A stretch of DNA of 64,000 nt from Synechococcales cyanobacterium S06 (lineage in GTDB: Bacteria; Cyanobacteriota; Cyanobacteriia; Cyanobacteriales; JAABRE01), in NCBI GenBank assembly GCA_011391125.1, contig JAABRE010000007.1:30660-94659 (forward strand). The letters run 5' to 3'. The position numbers and the translations under genes are program-made. The notes under the pieces are model-generated. The model saw nothing but the letters and a program-made list of their open reading frames with translations. It did no database searches and was not told the DNA's origin. Numbering within the stretch: position 1 is the first letter of the stretch; each line of letters starts with the position of its first letter. Below, piece by piece: positions 40,046 to 50,861 of this stretch.

Positions 40046-40927
40046 GTGATTACTCAATTACCGACCAGAAATTTAGAAAAGTTGACTTGGCAGTGGCAGG
40101 GCCATAACATCAATTATACGGTTATGGGTCATGGTGAACCTTTACTCCTAATTCACGGTTTTGGTGCTTCTGTGGGACATTGGCGCAAAAATATTCCTGT
40201 ATTGGCAGAAAAAGGCTATCGAGTCTATGCCCTTGATTTGCTAGGTTTTGGCGCTTCTGATAAGGCGATTTTAGACTACAGTTTGGAGGTTTGGGAGCAG
40301 CAAATTAAGGATTTTTGGCTTGCTCATATTAATCAACCTACGGTGTTTGTGGGTAATTCCATTGGTGGTTTGTTGGCTTTGATGCTAATTACAAATCACC
40401 CCGAAATCGCCAAAGGTGCAGTTTTGCTTAATTGTGCTGGTGGTTTAAATCATCGCCCTGATGAATTGAATTTACCTTTACGGTTGATTATGGGTGCTTT
40501 TACGAAGTTGGTTTCTTCACCTTTGACGGGTAAGTTTATTTTTAATAATATTCGCCAAAAATCCCGTATTCGTAATACTTTAGCTCAAGTTTATTGCGAT
40601 CGCCAAGCTATAACTGAAGAATTAGTCGAAATACTTTATCAACCTTCCTGTGATGAAGGAGCGCAGCAGGTTTTTGCGTCAGTTTTAACTGCTCCGGCTG
40701 GTCCTACTCCAGATCAATTATTAGCAAAGTTACAACATCCTCTGTTAGTTTTGTGGGGAGAAAATGACCCTTGGACACCAATTAAAGGAGCAAAAATTTA
40801 TCAAGATTTAGCCGGAAAAGGTGAAAAAGTGCAGGTTTATCCGATTAAAAATGCGGGTCATTGTCCCCATGATGAAAAACCAGAACTGGTTAATCAATTG
40901 ATTTTAAATTGGTTAGAAACGCTCTAA
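40046..40927 (+). CDS. Alpha/beta fold hydrolase
   Basis: LIHGFGAS, DLLGFG, GNSIGG, WGENDPW and GHCPHDE motifs. Confidence 0.92.
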   Translation: MITQLPTRNLEKLTWQWQGHNINYTVMGHGEPLLLIHGFGASVGHWRKNIPVLAEKGYRVYALDLLGFGASDKAILDYSLEVWEQQIKDFWLAHINQPTVFVGNSIGGLLALMLITNHPEIAKGAVLLNCAGGLNHRPDELNLPLRLIMGAFTKLVSSPLTGKFIFNNIRQKSRIRNTLAQVYCDRQAITEELVEILYQPSCDEGAQQVFASVLTAPAGPTPDQLLAKLQHPLLVLWGENDPWTPIKGAKIYQDLAGKGEKVQVYPIKNAGHCPHDEKPELVNQLILNWLETL

Positions 40928-41060
40928 TTTTAGGAGAAATCCAATTTTTTTAATCGGATTTCTCTAAATAAATTTTATCTAGTGAAGAAGGAAAAATTGA
41001 AAGAATTAAAAAGATATTAACCTACTTCACTATCAATTCTCAACTATCAACTATCAACTA

Positions 41061-42047
41061 TCAACTATTAACTATGATCCGGTTTCTTCCTTGTTTTTTA
41101 GCTTGAAAAAGTGCTTGATCTGCAAGATGAATTAGATCAAAAGGAGACAAATTATGATCAGGAATAAGAGATGCAATTCCTAAACTTAAGGTAATTTCCT
41201 TGGCAATTAATGAATTTTGATGGGGAATGGCTAATTCTGAGAGTTGTTGGGCAATTTGTTGGGCAATTTGTTGCGCTCCTTCTTCGGTGGTATTTGGTAA
41301 CACAATGACGAATTCTTCTCCACCATAACGGGCGGTTAAATCAGCGGGACGTTTAACAACACAATCCATAGTTTGAGCAATTTTTTTTAAACAATCATCT
41401 CCGGCTAAATGTCCATAGGTATCATTATATAATTTAAAATAATCCACATCGATCATTATTAATGATAAGGGCAATTTTTCCCTTTTTAAACGATTCCATT
41501 CCTTTGATAAATATTCATCAAAATAACGACGATTAGCAATATTAGTTAAACCATCTAAATTGGCTAACTTTTGTAATTGTTGATTGGCCGTTTCCAGTTG
41601 TTTTTGTACTTTGATTTTTTCAGTAATTTCTTTAGCTAAAATATTTTTATGTCTATAAATAGTTAGATGAGTTTCGACGCGACATAAAACTTCTGGTAGA
41701 AAAAACGGCTTAGTAATATAATCAATTCCCCCCACTTGAAAAGCTTTAACTTTGTCAAATATATTATTTTTGGCACTAAGAAAAATAATGGGAATATTAA
41801 TTAGATCAGGATTTTTTTTAATTTGTTCACACACCTCATAACCGTCCATTTTTGGCATCATAATATCTAATAAAATTAGTTCTGGGGGATCATATTCTAC
41901 TACTTGTAAAGCTTGTTTTCCGCTTAAAACTTGGCGAACTTCATAGCCATTTTCCGTGAGCATATCCGCCAACAGATTAACATTTTCGATCCGATCATCC
42001 ACCACTAATATATCACCTTTTTTTGGCTCAGTTTTTAAGGTATTCAT
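41061..42047 (-). CDS. Response regulator - diguanylate cyclase (REC-GGDEF)
   Basis: VVDD and LLDIMMP in the receiver; DGLTNIANRR, I-site RPAD and ARYGGEEF in the cyclase. Confidence 0.95.
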   Translation of the reverse strand: MNTLKTEPKKGDILVVDDRIENVNLLADMLTENGYEVRQVLSGKQALQVVEYDPPELILLDIMMPKMDGYEVCEQIKKNPDLINIPIIFLSAKNNIFDKVKAFQVGGIDYITKPFFLPEVLCRVETHLTIYRHKNILAKEITEKIKVQKQLETANQQLQKLANLDGLTNIANRRYFDEYLSKEWNRLKREKLPLSLIMIDVDYFKLYNDTYGHLAGDDCLKKIAQTMDCVVKRPADLTARYGGEEFVIVLPNTTEEGAQQIAQQIAQQLSELAIPHQNSLIAKEITLSLGIASLIPDHNLSPFDLIHLADQALFQAKKQGRNRIIVNS

Positions 42048-42086
42048 AATTTTTTATAGCTAATTTTAAAATTAATTTAATATTGA

Positions 42087-42177
42087 TATAGCACTTCCCA
42101 AATTTATGAGGACTCTTTTTCCCCTCTCCCTTTGGGATGAGGGGGAAACATTTTGTATAAATATTGAAACTGTTATA
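42087..42177. mobile_element. TATAGC-family MITE variant
   Basis: TATAGCAC...CCCCTCTCCCTTTGGGATGAGGGG...TGTTATA. Confidence 0.65.
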
Positions 42178-42199
42178 AAACCGAGAAAATAAATGTTAT

Positions 42200-45100
42200 T
42201 TATTCTGAGATTTTTGTTAAAGACATAATTTCTTCAAAATTAAGTTGTTTAACAAGTTCGGTTAATTTATTTATTATAGCCTTATTATTAACAGGAATAT
42301 CATCAATTAATTGTAAAATTTTATTGCTTCTAGCTGCTAAAGCAGCTTCATACAAGTTGTTTCGCCATTCAAAAGACATAGTTAATAAGTCTTCCTGCTC
42401 AATTTTTGCTGAACTACTAGGGGGAGTAAGCTGAGTCGAGGAATCCGAAGATTTATAAGTATAACTAAGATTAAGATAATGGGCTATTTGGGCACAAATT
42501 TCCGCTTCTTTAACCGGTTTAGAAATAAAATCATCACAACCGGCTTGAATAATTACATTTTTTTCTTGTGCTAAAGCGCTGGCCGTAACAGCAATTATTT
42601 TTACGGGATTAATAACTTGACAATTGCGCTCTTGTTGACGAATTGTTGTAATAGCCTGATAACCATCCATAACGGGCATTCTCATATCCATTAAAATTAA
42701 ATCAGGTTGCCATCTTTGCCATAAATCAAGGGCCTCTTGTCCATTAGCACATTCTTTAATCTTAAAACCGATATTTTCTAATAATTTAACCAAAAAATAA
42801 CGATTAATTTCTTGATCTTCAACTATCAGAATCCGAGGTGGTTCTTGACTGGATTGAAGGGAAATAATGGGCAGATTAATATTAGTTAATACCCTGTTAT
42901 TAGAAATAGCTAACTCCGCTATAATATTAAAAGAGAAAATACTTCCTTTAGCCAGTTCGCTACTGACAGTAATGTCTCCTCCCATTAAATTTATAAAACG
43001 TTTACTAATCGCTAATCCTAAACCACTTCCTTCGCCGGAATTTTTCCCACTTTCTGACTGGGAAAAAACCTCAAATAAATGGTCGATTTCGCTCTGGGCA
43101 ATACCCACTCCAGTATCTTCTATTTCAAAAAATAAATTAACTTGATTCTCAGTTTGTTCAAGGGTTTTAACCGTTAATTTTACTAAACCTTTTTTGGTAA
43201 ATTTAATCGCATTGCTAAGTAAATTAATCAAAATTGAACGTAACTTATTTTGATCAGTTTTTAGCCATCGTGGTAACTCATTATTATAGGTAAAAATTAG
43301 CTCTAAATTTTTGGAATTAGCTTTAATTTGTAAGATTTTTTGTAATCCTTCAAGAAGATTATCTAAATCGAAAACTTCATAATTTAGCTCAATTTTTCCC
43401 GATTCTATTCTTGCTAAGTCTAAAATCTCATTAATTAAGGATAATAAATGTTCGCCAGCACCATTAATAATTTGTAAATATTCTTGATGTTCTGGACTTA
43501 ATTGTTCCGAACGAGCCATGAGTTGACTAAATCCAAGGATGGCATTAAGGGGAGTGCGCAATTCATGGCTCATATTCGCTAAAAATTGACTCTTGGCAAA
43601 ATTAGCTTCGTCGGCTGCTTGTTTCGCTTTTTGCAAGGTTATTTCTGTTTCTTTGCGATGATGAATATCATCTAAAACGCTAATAAAATATAAGGGTTTA
43701 TTGTCAGCATCTCTTACTAAGGTAACACTGATATTTCCCCATTTAATCTCTCCTTTAGCTGTGAGATATCGTTTTTCAAAGCTAAAAAAATTAGCTTTTC
43801 CTTCCAACAGATTTTGCATATTTTTTAGACTGATGGCTAGATCATCTGGATAAGTAATTTCGGGAATATTGAGGTGAAACATTTGTGAAGACGTGTAACC
43901 AAAAAACTTCGTAAATGCTTCATTAAAATCAATAAAATTTCCATTAATATTGAGTAAAGCGATGCCCACTGATGCTTGAGAAAAAATACTTCTAAAACGA
44001 GCTTCACTTTCTTTTAAAGCAGCTTCTGCTTCTTTTCTTTCGGTTATATCCTGTCCTAAACCTTGAAATTCAATCAGGTTATTATTATGATCAAAAATGG
44101 CTCTATTAGTCCATTCTTGCCAACGAATTTGACCATTAATTATTACCTTTTCTTCATTAATTAAAATGGGATTATCTGGAGTAAGTTTCTCTAATTTGGC
44201 TAAAAATTGTCTTTGTTTTTTTTGTTCTGATAAAGGTAATAAACTAAACCAATTTTTACCAATTAATTGCCTTTGTTCTTTATTAAAATAACGACAATAG
44301 GCGTTATTAACAAAAGTAAGTCTTCCATCGGATAAAAAACGACAAATTAATTCGGTTTGATCTTCAACGATGGCACGATAATGATTTTCGCTTTCTTCCA
44401 GGAATTTTTTGGCCTCTTGACGACTCAAATAACTATAAATCATTTCTCCTACTATTCTTAACATTTGAGCGTCAATTTCTGCTTGTTCATAAGATAATTG
44501 TTTCTGATTATTCATCAGATCAAAACTGATAAAACCCCATAAATGACCATGACTAGAAAAAATTGGAACACAAATAACTGCCTTAATTTTTTCCTTGATA
44601 AAAAATAGTTTTTCCTGTTCCGCTTCGGGAGGAAAATCATTAAGATTGAGGATAATAATATGGTGATCACTTGTTAACTGATTAATCCACCATGAATGAG
44701 ATTTTGTCGAAATACCTTGAAATTGTTCCTTAATTGAGGTTATATCTTGATTACACCATTCTTGAAAAATACTAAATTTTGTTTCGTTATCATGGAGACA
44801 ATGAATAGAAACACGACTAGCTTGAAAATTATAACCAATAATACCTAAAATTGGCAATAAATTGAGATTATTTTGAATGGCTAATTCTTGGGAAATAAAG
44901 GCTAAAATTGTTTGAATTTGCAGACGATAAGTTAATTCTTGTTCCGCTTTTTTTCTCTCATTAATATCCTCAATTATGGCCACACAATAATCAGGTTCAC
45001 CTTGATAATTACTAACTAAAGATACCGTAGCATTAACCCATTGTATGGTTTGATCGGGCTTAATATATCGTTTTTCTACAGAATAATTATTAATTTTACC

Positions 45101-48037
45101 AGCTATTAAATCTAAACGGGAAGGCAGCCACTTATCAACATCATCAGGATGGGTAATTTCACAATAATGTTTTCCTAATAATTGGTCAGCAGAATAACCG
45201 GTTAATTCAGTATATTTTTGATTACAAGAAAGTATATAACCAGAAATATTAAAAGTTACCATTCCCACCGCGGCTTGTTCAAAAACAGCCCGAAAACGTT
45301 TTTCACTTTGAATTAATGCTTGTTCTTTTTCTTTTAATTCAGTAATATCTTGAATCGTACCTATTATTTCTAAAGATTCACCATGTTCATCTAAAATAAC
45401 TTTAGTGTGTTCATAAAGATATTTAATACTACCATTTGGAGAGATATGACGATAATAAATACTGGTATTTTGTTTATTCTTTAATTGTTGCTTGATTGTG
45501 TTTAAAACTAACTTTCGATCTTCGGGATGTACACATTCTAAAAATGTTTCTAATGTGTGTTCAAATTCATCCTTATTTTTGCTAAAAATTAAATATACTT
45601 CATCACTCCAATAACCTTGATTGGTCTTAAGATTCCAACTCCAATTACCTAAATGAGCCGTTTCTTGGGCTATTTGAAGTTTCTGTTCACTATCTCGTAA
45701 AGCAAGTTCCATTTCTTTTCTTTCGGTGATATCAATTGCTAAACCATCGATAATAATTTCACCATTTTTAACACGAGAAGTAATGGAACTATCATAAAAC
45801 CAATGCCATTTATGATACTTATCTTTAAGGCGATATTCTAAGTTAAAATGATTTCCTTCTAAGCAATTTTTAATACCTTGATCTACTAAATTAATGTCAT
45901 TTTCATGGATAGAATTATGCCATAACATGGGATTTTCCTGTAATTCTGATATAGAATAACCTAAAATAGATTCCACTTGAGCAGAATAATAAATTCCCCC
46001 AGAATTCGGATTAAAAGAGTAAATAATTGCGGGTAAAGTTTCCACTAAACGACGATAACGACTCTCACTTTCTTGTAATGCTTCCTCGGCTTTTTTGCGT
46101 TGAGAAATATCCATAATTAGGGAGTTCCACAGAATATCTCCGTTTTCTTCTAACTGTGGTTTTCCTGCACCTTGTAACCACTTTTCTTGACCCGAAGGTG
46201 TGATAATACGGTATTCTAAAAACCAAGGTTCTAATTTTTGACCTGATCTTCTGATTGATTCTGCCATTTTGGGTTGGTCTTCGGGGTGAATTGCTTGCCA
46301 TAAAAGAGAGACATTTCCTCTTATTTGTTCTACTGTAAATTCCCAAATATTTTCACAAGTATTACTCATATAAATAATTTCATCTGAACCATCAGGATGA
46401 ACGACATAACGGAAAATTGCTCCGGGGACATTAGCAGCTAAATCCCGGAACATCCCCTCACTTTTTGCCAATTCTTCCTCTAATTTTTTCCGCTCCGTAA
46501 TATCAGTTAAACTGCCAATTGAACCGGTAGTTTCGCCATTTTCATTAAATTGAAATACAGCTTGAGCATAAACACAAACAATTTTACCATTGGGGTGAAT
46601 AAAACGATATTCATCTTCCCAAGGTGATTTAGTTTCAAAACATTCTTGCCAATGTTTTAACATACGGTCTAAATCATCGGGATGAATGCGAGAAATCCAT
46701 CCTGTACCTGAACATTCGGCCAAAGTCATATCTAATAATTCACCACATTTTTGGTTAATATAAATGCAGTTTCCCTCAGCATTATTAATATAAAGTCCCA
46801 CTTGCACTGCTTCCGCTAAATTAGCATATTTTTGCTCACTTTCTTGTAGTGCTTTCGTTTTTTCTGTTACCAATTCTTCTAAATAATTATGATAAATTTT
46901 AAGCTCTTTTTCTTGGCGTTTTTTCTCAGTAATATCAATTAAAACACCTAAAGCTCCTTCCAGATTACCTTGTTCATCTTTTTCCACTATTGCTGATAGT
47001 AAAATATCAATTATCTCCCCATTTTTCTTGACAAATTGATATTCAATATTATTAACAAAACCTTGGGAAAAAAGTATTGGTAAAATTACATTAATTGCCT
47101 TTTGATATGATTCGGGAGTGAGAAAATCTACTGATTTTTTACCAATTACTTCTTCTTTTTGATAACCTAAAGTTTCTAACCATTGATCACTAACATTAAC
47201 TATAGTATAATTGGCATTGACTCGGTGTAACATAGCCGGAGTTTTTTCATATAAATTCCGATAACGTGCTTCACTTTTTTGTAAAGCTGTTTCCCTTTCT
47301 ATTTCTTGAGTTATATCCCGAATAATAATTACTAAAGCTGGTTTTTTTTGCCAGTTAGTTTGAGCAATACTCATTTCTAAAGTAGTTATTTTATTTTCCC
47401 TATTAATAACTTCTATTTGTGTAGTATGTTTATTAATAATTGGTACGCCAAAATAACAACCAATTAACTTATTTAAGGGTTGATTAAGTAATTTAATTCC
47501 TGTTTTATTAACAAAACGAATTATCCCTGAGTTATCAACAATCAAGATTCCATTGGGAGAATGTTCAAAAATAGTATTTAAAAGCTCTTTTGTCTGACTA
47601 GATTTTTGTTCTTGTAATCTTCTCAATTGTAGAGAATATTTATGATTTACTTCTTCTACTTCTCTTGATTTTTTACTATTTTCAATCACCAAACGTAAAC
47701 AATGCTGTAATAATACCGAATTTAATTCTTCATATTTTAAATAGTCACTAATTCCATTTTTTAAAAGATTAATATTGAGATTTTCTCCACGATTTATTAA
47801 GACAATAACCGGGGTAGGACTTACTTTTCTTGTCCAATTTAATAAATTTTTTTCTTGATAATTAATCAAATAACCATCATAATCACAATAACCTCTTTTT
47901 ATTAAAGCTTGATCATATGTTTTTACCCAAGTTAAGGTAAATTTACCTATTTCGCTGTGCTGGAAAAGTTCTCTTATATAATGATAGTTATTTTCTGAAC
48001 TATCAATGAGTAAAATGTGATATATTTCACGATTCAT
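42200..48037 (-). CDS. Multi-PAS/GAF hybrid sensor histidine kinase
   Basis: Degenerate N-terminal receiver, many PAS/PAC repeats (IHPDD, DITERK), a GAF domain, ANMSHELRTPLN, NLLSNAIKFT, GSGLGL and a C-terminal REC (DLILMDMRMP). Confidence 0.95.
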   Translation of the reverse strand: MNREIYHILLIDSSENNYHYIRELFQHSEIGKFTLTWVKTYDQALIKRGYCDYDGYLINYQEKNLLNWTRKVSPTPVIVLINRGENLNINLLKNGISDYLKYEELNSVLLQHCLRLVIENSKKSREVEEVNHKYSLQLRRLQEQKSSQTKELLNTIFEHSPNGILIVDNSGIIRFVNKTGIKLLNQPLNKLIGCYFGVPIINKHTTQIEVINRENKITTLEMSIAQTNWQKKPALVIIIRDITQEIERETALQKSEARYRNLYEKTPAMLHRVNANYTIVNVSDQWLETLGYQKEEVIGKKSVDFLTPESYQKAINVILPILFSQGFVNNIEYQFVKKNGEIIDILLSAIVEKDEQGNLEGALGVLIDITEKKRQEKELKIYHNYLEELVTEKTKALQESEQKYANLAEAVQVGLYINNAEGNCIYINQKCGELLDMTLAECSGTGWISRIHPDDLDRMLKHWQECFETKSPWEDEYRFIHPNGKIVCVYAQAVFQFNENGETTGSIGSLTDITERKKLEEELAKSEGMFRDLAANVPGAIFRYVVHPDGSDEIIYMSNTCENIWEFTVEQIRGNVSLLWQAIHPEDQPKMAESIRRSGQKLEPWFLEYRIITPSGQEKWLQGAGKPQLEENGDILWNSLIMDISQRKKAEEALQESESRYRRLVETLPAIIYSFNPNSGGIYYSAQVESILGYSISELQENPMLWHNSIHENDINLVDQGIKNCLEGNHFNLEYRLKDKYHKWHWFYDSSITSRVKNGEIIIDGLAIDITERKEMELALRDSEQKLQIAQETAHLGNWSWNLKTNQGYWSDEVYLIFSKNKDEFEHTLETFLECVHPEDRKLVLNTIKQQLKNKQNTSIYYRHISPNGSIKYLYEHTKVILDEHGESLEIIGTIQDITELKEKEQALIQSEKRFRAVFEQAAVGMVTFNISGYILSCNQKYTELTGYSADQLLGKHYCEITHPDDVDKWLPSRLDLIAGKINNYSVEKRYIKPDQTIQWVNATVSLVSNYQGEPDYCVAIIEDINERKKAEQELTYRLQIQTILAFISQELAIQNNLNLLPILGIIGYNFQASRVSIHCLHDNETKFSIFQEWCNQDITSIKEQFQGISTKSHSWWINQLTSDHHIIILNLNDFPPEAEQEKLFFIKEKIKAVICVPIFSSHGHLWGFISFDLMNNQKQLSYEQAEIDAQMLRIVGEMIYSYLSRQEAKKFLEESENHYRAIVEDQTELICRFLSDGRLTFVNNAYCRYFNKEQRQLIGKNWFSLLPLSEQKKQRQFLAKLEKLTPDNPILINEEKVIINGQIRWQEWTNRAIFDHNNNLIEFQGLGQDITERKEAEAALKESEARFRSIFSQASVGIALLNINGNFIDFNEAFTKFFGYTSSQMFHLNIPEITYPDDLAISLKNMQNLLEGKANFFSFEKRYLTAKGEIKWGNISVTLVRDADNKPLYFISVLDDIHHRKETEITLQKAKQAADEANFAKSQFLANMSHELRTPLNAILGFSQLMARSEQLSPEHQEYLQIINGAGEHLLSLINEILDLARIESGKIELNYEVFDLDNLLEGLQKILQIKANSKNLELIFTYNNELPRWLKTDQNKLRSILINLLSNAIKFTKKGLVKLTVKTLEQTENQVNLFFEIEDTGVGIAQSEIDHLFEVFSQSESGKNSGEGSGLGLAISKRFINLMGGDITVSSELAKGSIFSFNIIAELAISNNRVLTNINLPIISLQSSQEPPRILIVEDQEINRYFLVKLLENIGFKIKECANGQEALDLWQRWQPDLILMDMRMPVMDGYQAITTIRQQERNCQVINPVKIIAVTASALAQEKNVIIQAGCDDFISKPVKEAEICAQIAHYLNLSYTYKSSDSSTQLTPPSSSAKIEQEDLLTMSFEWRNNLYEAALAARSNKILQLIDDIPVNNKAIINKLTELVKQLNFEEIMSLTKISE

Positions 48038-48136
48038 GGTTCTATTACCAACTGCTGACTAAAGATTAGATGGAATTATTTAAACTCTCAATGATGAGAC
48101 TTCAGCTGAGTGTATTTAATCCTCAACTAGATATTT

Positions 48137-48409
48137 TATAGTAATTAAATAGTACAATTAAAAAATTAGGTTCGTAGTTACGCTAAAGTGTGTCCTTGCG
48201 TTTATTAATAGAATTAATAGCTTTTGCTAAGATTTTTGGCGTTGCATAGTTGCGAGATGATTTGATATTTATTCTCAATGTAGGGGTAGGTCTTGTGCCT
48301 ACCCTGCCCCTACAATTTCATCTTAGAGTTATGCAACGCCAGATTTTTTCTAGGACAAAATCCAACAACGAACTTTTTTAATATTTCATTTTTATTTGAA
48401 ATTACTATA
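48137..48409. mobile_element. Nested MITE cluster
   Basis: Outer TATAGTAATT...AATTACTATA element; inner GGCGTTGCATA...TATGCAACGCC (48238-48340) flanked by 8-bp AGATTTTT repeats; innermost GTAG...CTAC palindrome (48280-48313). Confidence 0.8.
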
Positions 48410-48757
48410 CAAATCATTATGCTGTTTTAACAATAGGCCAAAAGTTTATTATTTGCGTTTATGGATGTTTAAAATAGATGGTGCAGATTCGGCCACTTGT
48501 GTCTCATTCAATTCTATTATACAAACAATTAAAAAAAAATAAGGCAATACAACTGGTTCTACTTGAGGGGGTTACAATTTGAGGTTATTGAGCAAAAAAT
48601 AGATCGATTACGAATTACCGATTCTTGATTACCTCTTACCTATCTCAGGGTTTTTTTCCCTGTTTAAAATAAGAACTTTTAGCTTAGTTTTATAAATAAA
48701 ACTAAAAAATGCTGTCAACTAAATGAGAAAACAGCATTTCCATGATTTATTTAGTAA

Positions 48758-48830
48758 CGCGCCCTGAAGGACTTGAACCCTCGACATCCGGTTTTGGAGA
48801 CCGACGTTCTACCAACTGAACTAAGGACGC
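48758..48830 (-). tRNA. trnW: tRNA-Trp (CCA)
   Basis: Reverse complement GCGTCCTTAGTTCAGTTGGTAGAACGTCGGTCTCCAAAACCGGATGTCGAGGGTTCAAGTCCTTCAGGGCGCG folds as a cloverleaf with anticodon CCA; 3' CCA end not encoded. Confidence 0.97.
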
Positions 48831-48905
48831 ATTTTTTTTGTCTTTAATAATTATAGCGCAAGGATTAAATAATTTCAAGTATTTCCTGCGCTAATTTTTT
48901 TTTCA

Positions 48906-49268
48906 TTAAAGAGGGCGATCAAAACGTTGCTTAATACGGGTTGCTTTACCAACTCGATCTCTAAGATAATAGAGTTTCGCGCGTCGAACTTTACCACGAC
49001 GGATAATTTTAATCTCAGCCACTTTCGGAGAATGAAGTAAAAATACTCTTTCTACCCCGATACCTTGAAAGATACGGCGTACCGTAATAGTTTCATTAAT
49101 ACCACCATTATTCATGGAGATAACAGTACCCTCATAAGGCTGGATTCTTTCCTTACCACCTTCACTAATGCGAACACCTACTTTAACGGTATCACCGACA
49201 TAGATAATCGGTAAATCTTGTTTAATAAATTCAGCTTCAATAGAGCGAATGATTTGTTCTGCGTTCAT
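48906..49268 (-). CDS. rplS: 50S ribosomal protein L19
   Basis: GDTVKV...[12 protein letters not shown]...GIGVERVF...[12 protein letters not shown]. Confidence 0.98.
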   Translation of the reverse strand: MNAEQIIRSIEAEFIKQDLPIIYVGDTVKVGVRISEGGKERIQPYEGTVISMNNGGINETITVRRIFQGIGVERVFLLHSPKVAEIKIIRRGKVRRAKLYYLRDRVGKATRIKQRFDRPL

Positions 49269-49345
49269 TGTTATTTCTAAAATTCACAATTCTCCATTAT
49301 ACCTTAATTTCACCAATAAAAAAAGGAAAAAAGGATAAATTTTAG

Positions 49346-49712
49346 TAAGTAAGTGGTCAAAATTAATTAGGGTTTGCTGAATAAATGGCTGGTGAGGGCG
49401 AGTTGATAGTTGATAGTTGATAGTTGATAGTTTGACCGCGTCTTTTGACGAGCAAAAATCTTGATTAATCCCAGTAAATGTAAGGTTTTTTACTATTATT
49501 TGTTGAAATCCTTGCACTTAATTCAAGTCCCACCAACTTGAAAGTCTTGATCTACATAGCTGTCAGCTTTTTTCCGTAAACCCTAATTAGATAAAGGTAA
49601 AAGTTCGGTGTTGCGCGTAAGGGCGAACGGCCGTTCGCCCCTACATAATAGCGCTAAAGCGCAACAACAAACCTTCTTTACTTTTCACCAATAATTTTGC
49701 GCGCGGTACTTA
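49346..49712. mobile_element. TAAGTA...TACTTA MITE carrying two nested insertions
   Basis: Inner GGGTTTGCTGAA...TTCCGTAAACCC (49370-49583) with TAATTA on both sides, and a GTA(A/G) palindrome at 49617-49644; outer ends match the copies at 50862 and 55293. Confidence 0.75.
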
Positions 49713-50795
49713 TTGAATCGTAGCTAGGGCAGCTTCCACCTTATCGACAACAGTCTCAGGTAAAGGAATATAACCCAATTCAGGCGCAAATTTCTGCCCG
49801 TCATTAAGAGACCATGTTATCACGTCTTTCAAAGCCTTTAATTTAGCGGGGTCATCATACTTTTTGTAAGCTAAAATCCAAGTGTAGCTGACGATGGGGT
49901 ACGATTCAGCACCCTCGGGATCTGGTAAAAACGCCCTTAAATTTTCGGGTAAGGTCACCGCTGCTAAAGACTTAGAAGCCGCTTCACTAGAGGGTTTAAT
50001 ATAACTACCGGCTTTATTTTCAATGGTAGCGGTGGAAATATTTTGTTGTTGAGCGTAGCCAAATTCAATATAACCGATCGCCCCTTCCGTTTGCATAATT
50101 TGAGCCGTCACCCCCTCATTGCCTTTAGCTCCAATGCCAACAGGCCATTCCACACTCTTACCGTCGCCAACCTTAGTTTTCCATTCCCCGCTAACTGCGC
50201 TCAAATGTTGAGTAAATACACCGGTTGTACCACTACCATCGGAACGATAAATCACGGTAATAGCTTGATCTGGTAAACTTGCTCCGGGGTTGAGGGAGGC
50301 GATCGCTGGATCATTCCATTTACTAATTTTGCCGAGGAGAATATCCACATAAACTTGACGGGATAACTTTAACTCACTGACACCGGGTAAATTGTAGGCA
50401 AAAACAATACTTCCGGCGGTCATGGGTAATAAAACCACACCCTTAGCCACCGAGGTCATTTCTTCATCTTTCATGGCGACATCACTGGCACCAAAATCCA
50501 CCGTACCTTGGCTAAACTGTTCTACTCCGGCACCACTACCCACGGACTGATAACTAACCTTCACATTGGGATTAACTTTATTATATTCAGAAAACCAACG
50601 CTGATACAAAGGAGCGGGGAAAGTAGCACCTGCTCCCGTTAAAGAGACAGAAGGACCAGAAGGAGCAGGAGTCGTATTATTACCATCAGTAGGAGTGGTA
50701 GTGGTTTGATTACCACCACAGGAAGCCAGACCTAAAGTTAAGGCCATTAAAGGAGCAAGTAGAATTTGACGTTTAGTTTTGATGAAAAAAAGCAT
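49710..50795 (-). CDS. pstS: Phosphate ABC transporter substrate-binding lipoprotein PstS
   Basis: Lipobox LASC; GAGATFPAPLY, GSGAG, DFGASD, RSDGSGTT, KGNEGV and YPIVSYTW motifs. Confidence 0.96.
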   Translation of the reverse strand: MLFFIKTKRQILLAPLMALTLGLASCGGNQTTTTPTDGNNTTPAPSGPSVSLTGAGATFPAPLYQRWFSEYNKVNPNVKVSYQSVGSGAGVEQFSQGTVDFGASDVAMKDEEMTSVAKGVVLLPMTAGSIVFAYNLPGVSELKLSRQVYVDILLGKISKWNDPAIASLNPGASLPDQAITVIYRSDGSGTTGVFTQHLSAVSGEWKTKVGDGKSVEWPVGIGAKGNEGVTAQIMQTEGAIGYIEFGYAQQQNISTATIENKAGSYIKPSSEAASKSLAAVTLPENLRAFLPDPEGAESYPIVSYTWILAYKKYDDPAKLKALKDVITWSLNDGQKFAPELGYIPLPETVVDKVEAALATIQ

Positions 50796-50861
50796 ACTTA
50801 ATAATTTACAGAAGAATTTATATTGGTTTGCAGAAATCAGATTTCTAGCTTATAGCGGTTT

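Noticed and set aside
48400..48757. Prophage or integrative element at tRNA-Trp
   Set aside because: No integrase, phage genes or duplicated tRNA 3' end were seen in the window.
49284..49517. 77-aa ORF upstream of rplS
   Set aside because: It lies mostly in nested MITE and heptamer-repeat sequence and has no recognisable motif.
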